The translations under genes were made by a program, and so were the position numbers. The notes beneath the pieces are model-generated. The model was not told the DNA's origin. It did no database searches and was given only the letters and a program-made list of their open reading frames with translations. A stretch of 62,033 bases of DNA, the filler included, from Choristocarpus tenellus KU-1152 (lineage: Eukaryota > Protista > Phaeophyceae): assembly GCA_964200185.2 (NCBI GenBank). It is 7 parts of 7 records of this genome, joined end to end, with 100 filler letters (N's around TTAATTAATTAA, not from the genome) between each part and the next. Parts side by side here need not be neighbours in the genome. Positions count along the whole stretch, not along the records: positions 42,031 to 62,033 come from CAXNAD020000424.1; 6 more parts are not named here. One strand, given 5' to 3'. Shown here one piece after another: positions 41,931 through 55,801 of this stretch. Each line of letters begins with the position of its first letter. The first letter of the stretch is position 1.

Positions 41931-42756
41931 NNNNNNNNNNNNNNNNNNNNNNNNNNNNNNNNNNNNNNNNNNNNTTAATTAATTAANNNNNNNNNNNNNN
42001 NNNNNNNNNNNNNNNNNNNNNNNNNNNNNNCCTGTTCTCCCCCCCCCCTTCCCCCCCTACTCCTTACTCCCAAATCCTTGTAATATTAACCTGTGTTTCA
42101 TAGAGCTTGTTGAGATAAAGTGATTGGTGCATGCTCTGGCACTCCGTCGTGGTTTGTTGGGTCATAATTTTGTCTATGTTGTACAGTGCAGCAGGAGTTC
42201 AAATGTACTCAAAATTTGCACCGTGGCCTTCTTCTTCTTCTTCTTCTTGCTGTGTGTTGGTTTCACCTTTGTGTGCTTATCCCCCACCCCCCACCCATTA
42301 ACGAATCATTGTTTTTCTTTCCCCACTTAATCTATCGTGGTGTCCATTTGAACCTGACCCCACGTGTGTGCAGGTGCTTGCTTTCCGTTCTGCACTTGTT
42401 GGGTGTGTATTGTTGGAGGTGTTGTCTTACATGACTGAGCCGTTACGGAGGTGGTTGAAGGTACTCCATGACAGTGTTAGAGATGACCGGTACTTGGTAG
42501 GGATGCAGCTGCAGAACCATCCACAGGTATGTGTGTGTAGTACCGCGGTCCATGTTTCACTGCACACACCCTCTCGAGTATACATCTTATATCCTCCTAT
42601 TCTGGGCCTTGTTCGAATGAGTCGCAACCTGTGATCGGTGTTTGATTTGTATTTTTGTTTGGGAATAGTTTGGGAATAGAACTCCCTTCGATGCTCCGCT
42701 GCTGAGTATTGCATCTTGTCTAAATTCATACCATGAAAGAGACGAGGTAAGCAGGG

Positions 42757-42987
42757 GAGGTACCTGAGTTTTGTCCGTTTTAAGGTTTCAATCAGTTTCT
42801 TAAATTTTTTGCAATTCACCTGTGTATCTCTATGGATGAACTTCTCAGTTTTTTACTCAAGGTCGGTGATTTCTCTATTGCTTTTTTTTTTACGGAATCC
42901 AGAAAATGTATACCACACGCATTTGGAAAAGAAGGTGAATTTTGCATGTATGTGTTAGCATCCTTAAAATGAAACTCTGGGTACCTT
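42757..42987 (-). repeat. Family C dispersed repeat with a GAGGTACC-type imperfect TIR
   Basis: The reverse complement aaggtacccagagtttcattttaaggatgctaac matches the copies at 56945 and 57642. Confidence 0.65.
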
Positions 42988-43499
42988 GTGTCTATTTTGA
43001 CCCCAAGCTCTGCAAGGGATAGTTCTTGTCTGGTCATATTGATTGGAGTCCTCCCTGTTGTCTGTAAGACCAGAAAATAGGTAATTCTGATTGTGAACTC
43101 TTGATTACGAACATTCACTGCTTCTGTAGAGTTGTTTCAGGGGCTTTTGAGAGGGTCTGTTACATATGGTTGGATTGTCAAGTATATATATATTTTTACT
43201 GTAGACTGTTGCAGTCTTTTGTTCAACTTTTTTCCTAGAGCTCCACACAATAAAAGCCTCATTTGACAAAAGAGCAAGCAAATGCAGTATTTCATTTCGA
43301 GTTATAAATTCTCATGTCATATTCTCATTGTTTATTTTGTGCAAAAAGTTAATATGGCGCATAAACAAGAACAAAATCGGTGCAAAGCACTATTGTTGCT
43401 GGGGCCAAACCTCAGAAGGAGAGCAATAGAGGGTTTGGGGGTGAGGATTGATAGGGTGTGTACTAGTACTATGAAGTTCTCCCATTTTTTTGTTTTTGC

Positions 43500-45500
43500 T
43501 CATGCGTGCTAACTCCTCTGAAAGGGGTTTGTTTGGAGAGTACCTCCATGAACAGTTCCCCCACACCCTACCTTGCATGCCACTCTTTCACACTACTGGG
43601 CATCACAGACTCTGATTTCCTTAACATCGGGAATATATGTAGATGCTCTGGTTGTGCACATTTGGTTGCCAGTCATTCTCTTTGCTTGCCTATCTTGATC
43701 ATGTTGCATGAGAGAGTTCTCTTTATAGTGAACATCATTTTGGCTGTCGAAGAATGCACTTGTGACATTCGCCGTTACCTACTGTTGTAGACCTCTGTAA
43801 CTGTCCTTTTCTTGCTAGTGCAGGAGGTTCTTTGGGAATGAGAAGTTTCTGTGCATGATTACGCAAATTCTTCCCTTAATGTTTTCCTCTGTCGCCACTA
43901 CTCACATACTCCTGTGGGGGTTTTACGCCTCCCAGACACTGTCCAAGATGCAGCAGGCAAGCAACCCTCAACATGAAGGATAGGATGAGGTAGTGTGTCT
44001 TGACATTGATACCTCACTGTGAAGGGAGAGGGTAAGTTGTGTGCGGGGCGGGCTTCACATTGTGGAGAGTGACAGATGCAAAAGTCTGGCAAATCAACTT
44101 AAGGACCATGGGTTGGGGTGTCCTATGTTGGTGTACGTTTTTCATTTGTTCTAGCGTACTCTGAATTTCTAGCATTTATGACAACTTCTGCACTATTTTT
44201 TTTATCTTCTTGATTCATGGGACTGGCAAACAAAACCGGATGCAGTGTTCACAATCATACAGCTGTTGTATATTACTTTTATGTGTGAAATGATTAGGGA
44301 GTTGTGTGGAAAGTTGTGTGGAAGAACAACGCAGGAGAGGGGGGGATATGCAGTACAGCACTGTCATCATGGAGGAATGATGGGTAAGGAGGTACAGCTC
44401 TTGTTTTTTCTTGGGATAGATATCTGAGCAAGCAGAGTGCATACATAATGAGTGTAGCAGTAGGAGGAGTAAGCTGATCTTGGGGGGAGGATGTCTCGAA
44501 GGTGTGTACATAAGTGGATGCACATGTTGGAGGGGCTTGGGGCCTGGATCCTCTCCTCAGGTTGCTGTTCTATTCAAGAATCCTCACATCTGATGTTGTC
44601 ATTCGCTACTGGTACATAGTTTAGGCAAAAATACCCGACACATGTCTTCAAGGACCTCATATGTTTATCCTTGCTACTGCTTTTAATATGGGGCTGTATT
44701 ATTGCTTCGAGAAGAAGGGTTGTCAAATAGAAGTAACAAATAACATAACATTTCTCAAGCATGGCCATTCACTGTGGAACTGTTTACCACTACAGCGCCA
44801 CTGTTGTTGTCTGGAATATATCATTAGGGGAGTAGGAGATGCGAGCAAGAGGTTTCAGACCTTGACAGCATGCCATTTCTTGTGTACAGCACTTGATAGG
44901 TTGTACAAATTGCAAGCAACTCTCCAGTTTTTCACAGCAAAATTGGTTTGGACGACTTCACTTCGATGCCTTTTTGGATGTACTTCAACAGTGCAAGGTG
45001 GTGCACAAGGAGATGCAGTGGAACTGCAGTTACGCCCTAATCTGTTCAACAGATGATTGCACTCCTCCCCTTAAGAGTAGAGATAGCAGTAGGCAGTCTG
45101 GGGGACATGGATCAGAGAGTGCAATCTGCCAAGATTTACAGGGTAGTCTCTGCCCCGTTCAGGTCAAGCAATGCCTACCAGTGCCTTGCATTGGTGTGGG
45201 TATAGAATGCGAACTCCTCATGAGGGATGACTTGGTTGGCATGAAGGTGGTAAGTTGGATATCCACACTCGCCCCTCCCCCTGAACCTGCACCAGAATTT
45301 TTTCATCAAGAAATATCTGGAAACATGTGCGCTTTCTTCTCTAATTTCAGGCAGCACATTGAACAAAACCCGACTGCTTTTACTTTGTTTCTGCGAGTTA
45401 TGTCTACAGACATTCCATTGGCCATCAGCATATTATGTGGAGTTTTCCAGTAGCCATATTAGATTTGAACCAACAAAATACTCCCCTCTGGATAATAAAG
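43500..45500 (-). mobile_element. Possible Mutator-like (MULE) transposase relic
   Basis: TNFAVKNW (about 44930-44952; compare TNNxxE) followed by SWIM-like WRCSGKQFHSEWPC (about 44760-44800) and a Cys/His segment near 43960-44085. Very degenerate. Confidence 0.3.
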
Positions 45501-46885
45501 TGGTATGGATAAGTAATTTTGGAAGTGACTAATTCAAAGTAATAACTGTGTTTTCCCTTACAACTGTGAATGAGTTTGTCTCTACAGGTAGGTGCTGTTT
45601 TTGTATGGAAATGTTTCCAGCAAACCTCATTGGATACAAGTCGATATAGAGTTGATATATTCCAGAGTATCAACATAGTATACACTTGAGTATGTCCTTT
45701 AAGAAAACGGACAAGGGACCTATTTTTGAGCCTGATCGAGGAAGGTGAGATAGTACATATTCAATGGATTGATTTTGAGAGGCAAATATCGTTTAGGGAT
45801 TAATTCTGTACACAAATCAAATCAGTTCCTACAAACACTACAACTAAGACAAATATATAGTTTTATTATATTTGAGATGTATGTATGCATGTATTATTTG
45901 TATTAGAAATGGTGGTGTTGGAACGTCACTAGATGGAATGTTCCTACCTACTTGGTGCATGATTAAGTTACTATTAGAGTTCTTAACTTTTCAGTAAAGT
46001 ATTGACAAGACAGATGACTCCCTACTATTGGATCGTTGAATCCTCCACACACCAACAACCAACTTTATAAAATAGTGGCCCTGTCCGCATGGTATCTACC
46101 TATCTCATATGGATCCTCTTGATATTGAGAATAGTTTATACTCATGCTGAGAATCGTTCATCTATCATCATCTGGGGCAAGTTTGACAGGTAGAATGTGT
46201 GTTTGTATGTATGTGATAATCATGTACCTTTTTTAGTGGAAAGAAGGTGAGATTCAGAGTTCTATGCTTTCATGGTGTAGGCTGATCATGATTCGAAGAC
46301 AGATATCTCTTCCATTACTACTATGCTTTGTACTATAAAAACTATCTTATGAGTGGTGGTCTTCGTGGGGTATCTAGGATTTTCATACACTTTCACTCAC
46401 CCTGATACACCAGGAAATCTACCAGAGAGCACGTGCGTATTGATACTGTCACTCTCGTATATCTACGAATGCAACAAAAATTGAATGAGACACTATAGAT
46501 GGGATGACAATACGTATACATAATTTACTTCCTTATCAATTGATACATTACTGAATTGTTGTTGCATGGTAAGTGGTTGGTAACACAATACCGTATATGC
46601 AGCTCCACCGGTGGTGTCCATGCGTGCCTTACCCTCACCTACTACCAATGCCTCACCCCCTTTCATATAGTACCAATGCTTATCAACTACCAATCGATAA
46701 TCTATCCGTCTTTGCCGTCAGCCTGACAAAGACATTCGTATGACGACCGTGACCGATGATAACTCCCTTGTGCCGTTCTAATACCACTCCTTTCATCCAT
46801 TTGGCCATCCCGTTTCCTCCAAACCACATACACAGGAACAAGTATTCAACGATTCATAGCCAAGAAAAGTCTCTGACAGAGGCCT

Positions 46886-47480
46886 GCCCAACTTCTCCTG
46901 AAGTTACCTACAAGAGGAGGAACGACAACGCCGCCGTTGCCGCCATATGTTGTGCTATGGAGGTACTACACACACACCCTCACGGATCCATCCATTTGCA
47001 GATCCTGTGCGATGTAGGAAAGATCTTTGCCTCAATGGGATCTTCACAAAATGCGTCTGAAGATATCCGGTTGGCGAGATCACTTGCCACCAAAATGAGA
47101 CTAAGCTAGAGATGACAGGGTCTGACAAGGCCATCGCGGATAATACCATCACCATAATGGTGCTTCCGGTCCTTCTCAGTCACTCTCTTTCCTCCCAACA
47201 CAATCATTCAGCGGTGGATATTAAATTTCTCTCTGCCTTGTCAGGCCTCATCAAGTGCAGCTTGACCTCTATTTTGACGGCATGACAGTTCACCAACTGG
47301 ATACCTTCTGACGGGTTTTGTGAAGATATCATGGAGGCAAGCATGTTTCCAAGAACGTGCAGGAGCCACAAATGGATGGGTCTGTGAATGTGTTGATATA
47401 CTCTCCCCACAGTGCAACTTGTGGCGGCAATGGCTGCGTCATCGGTGCTCCCTTCCTCCACAGTTTCAGGAGTAGTTGGG
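46886..47480. repeat. Diverged tail-to-tail inverted duplication of a coding-like segment
   Basis: The plus ORF PTSPEV..DNAAVAA..IHLQILCDVGKIFASMGSSQNASEDIRLA aligns with the minus ORF PTTPET..DDAAIAA..IHLWLLHVLGNMLASMISSQNPSEGIQLV. Confidence 0.85.
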
Positions 47481-47602
47481 GATGTTCCGATGGGAGGCGT
47501 TTCTTGGTCAAGTTCTTCTAAGCACTGAGATGTGGACCTGTGTACTCCAATCGTCTCTATATCCACTCGTCTTTTGAGACGAGGGAGTAAGCACCCAGGA
47601 CT

Positions 47603-47766
47603 GACCTAAAGTATCTGGGGGGGGGGGAGGGGTCTACACCAGGGTGTCCATTTAGACCATAACCAGGAAAAGTGAACTTTCATTATCCATCCGACGTATG
47701 CAAAATCGTGACATGAAACAATTTACCCCAATGAACAGCAGCCACCCCCCCCAGATACTTTGATCC
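47603..47766 (+). mobile_element. Family B MITE, complete
   Basis: GACCTAAAGTATCTG(n)...C(n)AGATACTTTGATCC. Confidence 0.85.
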
Positions 47767-48093
47767 ACTTGCCAGTAATATTTTCGTCAGTCTGCTTGGT
47801 CAGAAATTTAACATGTACCACCAGATGGTTGTGTTGGGAGGGAAGAGAGAGACTGATAAGACAGGAAGGTATACTTGTAGAACCTCACACCTCAATCCTT
47901 TCCATATTTTTTGTGTTTTCCTCCTCTACGTGGTGTAACGTCTGGCGTTTCAAAAGAACCTCCCCACTCTCCACCATTTAAACGTCACAACCACACAACA
48001 TACACCAGCTCGCCTGCAATAAATTCGCTTGAGGAGCTTTGCACCCCTGGCAATAGTGAAGCAACAAACACGTGTACACAATCGATATTCTCT

Positions 48094-48264
48094 GCTCAAA
48101 GTATCTGGGGGGGGGGCTACACCGGGGTGTCCATTCGGGCCCTGACCAGGAGAAATGAATTTATACTATCCATCTGACGCATGCAACTAAATCAACCGAA
48201 AATCGCGACATGGAATAAAGGGTTCCAAATGGACAGCGACCACCTCCCCTCATATACTTTGAGC
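48094..48264 (+). mobile_element. Family B MITE, complete
   Basis: GCTCAAAGTATCT...ATACTTTGAGC flanked by CTCT on both sides. Confidence 0.85.
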
Positions 48265-49163
48265 CTCTAGAGGACAACATACGCACTCCTTGTCAAAATG
48301 TCTCTCCTACTGTGGCCCATCACATCAGCCCTCCTTTTCCTCCACACTGTTCTTTTGAGGCCGGTCTTCAATACAATAGTAGTGGGAATGGAGATCAAGC
48401 GCTCAGTCCTTGTCTGGGTGGTAGTAGAAGTAGTGGTAACTTTGTATAAATACTTTATAGTGATTAGATTCAAATTTAGAATATCTTACGACAAACCAAG
48501 ATGTACCCTATACTTGTCAAGCACTACACACTGATGTGTTTCCACTTCATGTTATTCGCCTCAAGGAGGCGGTTTACGTCCAGCAGATGTCCACTTCTAA
48601 TCATCCCAAGGTGACGATGGTCAAGTTCATGACCCCTGTTCCCATGACGAGTATCGAACTTCCTCCTTCTCGTCTTCACTCGAGGATGTCATCGGACGAA
48701 ACGACTACCATTGGCACAGTTGGGCCAGTCCATGGGGTAGGTCAAAGCCTTTCTCATCATATGAAGCGTGTCGTTTCCCTCTGTTTGGTAGAATAATATC
48801 TACCTACCATTATATAAGGATGCCATTGTGAATTTCCTCCTCACGACCTACTCCCTATGAAACATGACCTGTGAGCTATCAACATCTTCTCTCAGCTTTT
48901 GATTAGTCAAAATGTGTGTGAACATCCCTGTCTCACACACACCCTCCCTGATACACGTAGGCGGAAGAAAGGAGGTCCCAGGACCGTCTATGGCCATGAG
49001 AAAGTCATAAACGATGTGCTGAGTAAAGTGTAAAGGGTCCATGCGGCATTGGCCACGATCAATGCACACCAAATTGGCTTGCTTGCAATGTTTCATATTT
49101 TGAAGTGTTGTTAATAGCATTGAAGGAGATGTACCGTAGATCCAGTCATGTATCACTAATTTA

Positions 49164-49382
49164 TTATTATGCCCTCTGACATTTTGCATCACTTAATCAG
49201 AGGTCCACTATCTATCGCTCATAGTGGTATGTTGTGAAAGCAACCTACTGTTGGACCATGATGCAGGTACTATTGTTTTCATATTTATGACATTTTATTT
49301 CCTTAGGGCTTACACTGACATATGTATAGTTTTCATTTGTTTTCCCCCAGACACATCTGCAGAATGTCAAAGGGCATAATAA
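49164..49382. mobile_element. Small MITE-like element (family D)
   Basis: 25-bp inverted repeat ttattatgccctctgacattttgca / tgcagaatgtcaaagggcataataa with 2 mismatches. Confidence 0.6.
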
Positions 49383-49499
49383 CAAAAAATAAAAACGTAT
49401 AGTAAACATAAAACCCTCCATTCACAGAAGAGGATATTGCTTCGATTATCATCTACCTAGTGTTCCCGAGTCAAACCGCGACAATTTAGAGGTGAGAAT

Positions 49500-51314
49500 G
49501 AGTAAGTTGAAAATGAGTGCTTGAGCTGTAGAACTCGAAAACTGCTTGAAAATAACTAGCCACACCACCATGGGCATAGCTGCCTTCATCAACTCATCGC
49601 CCACCTACAACTCCATTAGGTGTGCACAACCAGGGAAAGTCCCAAGGTCCAAGCCTTCCTCTCCACCTCTCCGTGAAATACAATCACTTAGGGTACGATG
49701 TTCCATGGCATGCATGGGGCTGATAGGGGGACCAGCTAATTGCTGATCCCCAGCATCTCCAGAGACTGTTTTGCTTCCATTTCTGACGATCTATCCAATC
49801 GAATAGTTCGAAGAGGGAATTGGGATCAACACAAACTCTTTGGAGAAAATCGAGAGTGTTGGGCCAGAGTCAGCAAATATTACGCGTCCTCCCAACCAGG
49901 CGTCTCACCGTGCTTTTCGAAAACCAAGAAAAATGGCACCAAGAGATCGGAGGCTCACACAGCCTGACTGCCACGCCAACCATCTTGTGCAACAATAGCA
50001 CACTTAAGGGCAAAAGCTTGGTGATGTCAAGTGAACTTCCTCACTTTCAACCCTCGACTGTACAACAACATCAGGAGCGATCTCACACTTGACTAAGAGA
50101 GAAAAATAAATAATTTGATGTACTATCAGGGCTTGATCTTCGCGATTTTGAGTTGGGGGACAAACTGACAATGTCGCGACATCAACAGAACACAATCAAG
50201 AGGTTGGTTACCGCATGATTAGACCCAGGAAGAGCTTCTCCTCAAGGAGCAAGACATTCTTTCTCTCCTTGGTGTTCGTCCTTTGCAATACCTCCGCCAG
50301 ACCATGGGTTTATGGTCATATCCCATATCCTCTTCGTTGAGTCCAAACTCCACATCGTACTGAAAAGTTGGTCTGTTCCAGTCCAAACAATGATCTTCCG
50401 AATCCAAGCACAAATGGTCTCTATACGTTGCTGATCTTCAAAACCAGCTGAGGTAACACTACTCTGCTTTCCATCTCCTTCAGATCAATCGAGAGTCCAT
50501 TGTGGGTTCTATGGACATCAGCAAGACCACAAAGAAGTTGAATGTGTCGTAGGTGTGATTGTATTGTGTACTGTGAAGTATTCAAGAAAAATGTATAATG
50601 TAAGCGGAACACATCTCTCCGCGCGCAGAATGAATTTTAAACATTCCTCTCACGGAATTGTGTTGGGGTTCTGTGTAGCAAACTTTGATCACAAGAAAGA
50701 TCAGAGAACAAAGAGGAAAAGGGGGACGGAGTAGGAAAGACCAGCCTTTCGCCCCTTTCACCACGGTGGTGTAGTAGGGAATCTCTTTCCCTACAATATC
50801 TATTTCGGTCAAAAAGAGGAAACCAATCATGGCGGCTGAGGCGATAGCGATCAGGGATTTTGATGGCGAAATTGGTGGGTAAGGCAGTGAAAGGACAAGG
50901 AGCACCACCGTACCCAGGCGAAGAGATAGACTAACTAACAAAGGTTCAATCACTATGCTCTTTCGGCTTTGATTAAGTGCTTTACTCGTCATGTATCCTA
51001 GTTATAATGTGTCGTTTGACTCGAAACGGTACCTCAACATCAGCTCGCTGTTGTAGGGGTGAATGGCCTGTCTCCCTCGACTCTTGAATCGGCGAAGGAT
51101 GCCCCACAAACAGGAAGATAGAAAAAATGGTATGATAAGGGTAGTGGCCATTGCAAATGCTTACTTGTTGCGTCAGTCTAGGTTTTCTACGATAGGCACG
51201 AGGGGTGACACTTCGTGCAAAGAACTTTTGCTTGTTCTGATCGCCCTGCCCAGTGGCCCGAGGGGTAGGTGTGTTCAGTAGCGATCGATTTAATCCCGCC
51301 AGGAGATAGGCCAT
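49500..51314 (-). pseudogene. Possible degenerate multi-exon gene divergent from YIPF6
   Basis: ATG at 51314 opens MAYLLAGLNRS...RLTQQ ending at a gtaagc donor. A hydrophobic segment SLIAIASAAMIGFLFL follows, and later exon-like blocks contain stops and frameshifts. Confidence 0.25.
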
Positions 51315-51666
51315 CCTTTTTCATGGAGATTCAAGGGTGAGCATTACAATCTGTTGGTCTGGATGCATGCCTTTCACGACATACACCTGAAGAATCGTAC
51401 CCCCCAACCCACTCCCTAGAGGGTTGATGCCGAAGGAAGGGCTACGCAGTACACCAACCAAAACATGAAACAACATTTTACGAAAAAATATTTCCCCAGT
51501 AGAATACTGTTGGTGGACTCCTCGCATACTTGGATTTGACTGTGTTGTACACAGTAATCCTGCTTTCGACCTGCCCGGCCTTGCCGTTATTGTGGATAAA
51601 CACGCTAACACACTCACTTGTTCATTCTCTCCGGATTTTTCTTATGCTGTATCGGCAATATGGGCA

Positions 51667-54600
51667 GGAGGAGGCGGAGCAGGTGGGCAGGCACCACTCA
51701 TCAACACCCTGGATGAGCCTATCTCAGAAACCATAGTAAGGAAGAGTTGTGCCCTGTAGTGCATTGTGCGCATGGGGTGCAGAGAAGTACAGGTTTGCCT
51801 TCAGCAATTCTGCCCTGCTTTATTTTTGACACCAATGTTTCACTAGATTAAGTGCAGTCAAAACAAGAGCAATGTGCTGGTCTTAGGCATAAAGACTCAG
51901 ATGTGCTTGGAGAACCATTTTCCCCTATAATCCAGGTCTTAGTTGAGATGGCCATCAAACCCCATTATTAATGTTTCATTATCTCATAGTTGATGAGCAA
52001 AAAACTCATGTCTCACCCCGTTTTCCCCCCCCCCCCCCCCCTTTTTTTTTTCCCTCTTTTTTTTTTGACCTAATAGTTGGCTCTATCTATCTTTTGTAAG
52101 AATACTNNNNNNNNNNCATTATCTCATAGTTGATGAGCAAAAAACTCATGTCTCACCCCGTTCCCGCCCGCCCCCCCAATTTTATCCTACTGCATATCAT
52201 GATGACCATCAGATGCGAGACTTGAGATCAGTAGGGGCAAAGCTGCGGATCGTGCTAAACCCAACGGGTGATCAGGAGGGAGTGCTTAAAAAGCTGAAAG
52301 ATTGTAAGTCGCCATTCCCTGTTGTGAACGATCTCCTGTGTTTTTGTGCAGAAGTGGAGGAGAATTTTGATACAGCAATCTTGAAAAGCTTGCCAACCAC
52401 ACCATGTTGACTTTTCTGAGTTGTCCTTTTAGCACTGTCTAGTTGGACATGTTGCTGATACTTTCATTCCTTGACCTTGTCTGAAAATATTGAGGGTGGT
52501 AATTTGCATACTAAATAAGGGAAATGAATCGGTCCTTAAATATATCCAAATGTAGGAGTTCATTCTGGTGGTCAAAGTTCTACGCTGTATGATTGTGATA
52601 GTTACTTCTACCAGAATGTGTAGATGATGAGATAGTAGTTTGTGTTCACTCCTGATTTTATTCGAATGCATATGATGAAAACGGACGAGTTGCTAAAGAG
52701 GCACTTGCTTTGCACAGACCATACAAATCATTGCTCATGTGGACACCTGTCCCTGGTGAATGTCCAAGTCAACCAGCATAGTTTTGTTTCAATCCTCAAC
52801 TCTCCCGGGTAACTATCCAATCTACAGGAGTGAAAAGGTCCCATTATGAATTTCGAGTTGGGTAGTAATGGTAATAGTATCCTGCTGAATTCTGAACTGA
52901 CTCTTCAGTGGCAGCAAGTGTCAAATTGACTTGAAAAGAGTACAATTTGAGGATACCGTGGAGTCGTGCCCCTTAGCATTTTTTCGCACAGATTTTATGG
53001 GTGTACAGTATATTTTCCTTTGTATCACTTTTGATTACTCCAGAAATATAAAATGGAAACCAAAAGTGCTTAGTGCAAACACCCTATTAATTACAAAATT
53101 CTTTTGTTCACATTTTGAAGTACTTCAAGTTCTTTTGAATGTAGAGGACATCAATTTATTCTGTGTGCTTATGTTTGTAGTGGGTGCATTGAGGTGTAAG
53201 GGTGCCATGCAACTGGCTTCACCTTGAACCTCTGCCCTCCCTCTCTCACAGTTCCTGCTCATGGTGGAAATAAGAGTCGAACTGTTTTGTAAAGATGTTA
53301 CCGTCATCACAGGATAACAAAAGGGAGGAGAAAACAGGGAACATCCCGTGCACTACATGGTTCTGAGAGTATTCAACCCACAATGGAGGGTGAAAACTGA
53401 ATGATATCCTTCCACTCATCCCATCCCTCACCCACCCCCTACTCTCTTTCTTGCTTCCTTACTCTCAGGGGACCTTTGGGGACCGTTAATGGTATGCCTG
53501 GTCCTCTCCATCATGCTAAGTGTAACAGCACCAGCAGACCAGGGGACTCTTGTGTTTGCAGCAGTGTTTGTGGTGGTGTGGTGCGGGGCAGCTATCGTCA
53601 CACTGAATGCGCAGCTTCTGGGGGGTACCATGTGAGGAATCCGCAGATGTATGAAGGCCATGGGGAGAGGGGGTAGGGTGGGACAGGGCGATGGAAATCC
53701 TGTCACTATGAGCAATGTAGGGGTGGGACTTTGGGGGCAGATGCCCTGATGGATTTACTGGTAGGATGAGCTGGCAGGCACTGGGAGGGGGGGAGACTCG
53801 GTGACCTTGAACTTTCTTTGCATGTGTTCATGTCTCCACCTCTGTTGCAGAATTGTGTAGTTTTGATAAAGTGTGGAAGGATTTGTAACTGTGGTACGTA
53901 TGCTTGGTAATATTTGCCCACTTTTAAGAGTTGATCCAGTATTGGGTGAAGTGTACAATAGGTCAAGTCATTTTTTTTTCTGTGGTAGCTCAAAGTTTGT
54001 GTTCATGAGCACATCAAAGCAAGAGGTGTGTTTTCTTCCGATTTGTATTGATAGTGATACATGCAACAATGCTTCCAAATATGGAGTTTTTAACAGGGTT
54101 GGCCAAAAATATGTTAAATCTGGGCATTATTTCGTGTGGTGTGGGCTTGAAAAATAATCACACAACTGTCCTTCTAGGGAATAGATTGATAGATGTCGCT
54201 CAAATGCTTGTGGGCTCAACATCTCCATTATGGCCCAATAACTGCAGGACAGTGTGTCTAATTTTGCCTTAATCCTCCACCCATTTGTCTATCCATCCCC
54301 ACCAAGCCATACAGTGGAATAAATGGTACTGTCTGGCGAAGCTTATAATACATCCCGTCTTCCTTCCTTCCTTCCTTTTCTTCCTGCGTATCTCTATGCC
54401 TTTTTGTGGTTAGTTCCTTCTTCCAGAGTGTGTGTGTATTGGGGTATTGTGTGTTCCCGCTCCTGATATCAGCGGTGGTGTGCTTGGTATTGAAAGCCAT
54501 CCATGTGAACATGTTCCTTGTAAAGGCAACAATCGTGGCAGTGGGGTTTGCTTGGGCCACTAGAGGTGAGTCCTGCACCGTGTGCACTAGGCAGGAGGTC

Positions 54601-55801
54601 TTGTTGTACACCTTGTCTGCCTATCCCCTGCAGGTAGATATCACTTCTACTGCTTTTAGTGACCTTCACTGAGTGTCGCTTTTTGCGTCCCCGGTCATAG
54701 TATCCCCTTGACTAATTTCTCTTCTCAATCCATTGTCCAATCACTTTCTGTTTCAGTATTCCAGTTCTCGTGCTGTACTCCTTATCCCTGACCTACACTT
54801 CCCTGCTACAGAGGAGAATAGCCCCCGGGTGCTGCAGTGAGAGCTATCTAGTTGGCACTATCTTGGGGCATGCTCAGATGCTGATTTTTTTTGACTCTAC
54901 CCTAGAAATGAAAAACAAAACTATAGAACGTGTAGGCTACAAAAACAAAAAAACTTGGGTGCCTGATTTCTGTGGGGTTGCAAAAGCAAAGTGTAAGTTT
55001 AAACCCCCTATTTCCATGTTTTTTCTTCAATCTTTGGGTAGTATATCCAGGTCAGACCATGTCAAGGTGGTTAGCCCTCGCTTGTTATGAAAGCAATGTG
55101 TGTGGAGTGAGATGGTGAGGCAAGTCGGTTTTCAATGATTGGCAGCATGGTTTTGCAGTATGTAGCGATAGTGATTCCTAGGTTATGAAAAATGTACTGT
55201 AGTGTGCAAGCTGTGTGCCGACAGACACAAGTGAGAGAGCTTCAAGTCACATCCGAGCCCCCTACCCAATTGTGACGACTGAAGATAAATTCCTGCATGC
55301 AATATGTGGGGTGATGCTTACCTACTTGTGTTGGGTTGTGTGTATGTGAGTATGTAAGGGGGGGAGGGTTGCTTCTTTCCTGTTGTTTTTTATTTTAAGC
55401 TGCCAGTTTGGCTTTGTAAACACAGGTGAGAGTGTAAGGAGATGACACTTTGATTGTTTCTTACGAACTACTTGTGTGACTAGAGTCTGGATAGGTAAAG
55501 AAGAGTGGAGCCCATGTGTTATCTGAGCTTTTCCCGGATGTTTTGGAGCCTCGCCTTGTATTCTGTTCTTTTCCTCTACATGGTTCCTATCGTAGTTGTC
55601 AGCTCAACCTTTTCCACCTGATTATGAAGGTGCACCTCTAACCCATCCCTCTGAACCCCCTGATCCTTGCCCTTCCCTTGTAATAAAAAAGCCTCTAAGG
55701 TGTTCATCTCTCAGATCATATCTCCGGAGCGGAAGCTGTTGGCTGTATACCCAGTCTTCTTTTTCTACACCTTTATCAGTTGGATGATCCTTTTACAATA
55801 G
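51667..55801 (+). CDS. YIPF6: Yip1-domain protein (YIPF6-like). Exons about 51667-51735, 52213-52303, 53469-53631, 54414-54565, 55692-55801; start exon unresolved (candidate ATG at 51323)
   Basis: NTLDEPISETI/MRDLRSVGAKL...WDLWGPL...[28 protein letters not shown]...ERKLLAVYPVFFFYTFISWMILLQ*. In-phase GT-AG junctions. Confidence 0.93.

Noticed and set aside
51977-52162. Direct repeat of about 46 bp on either side of the 10-N gap
   Set aside because: Most likely an unmerged contig overlap next to homopolymer runs.
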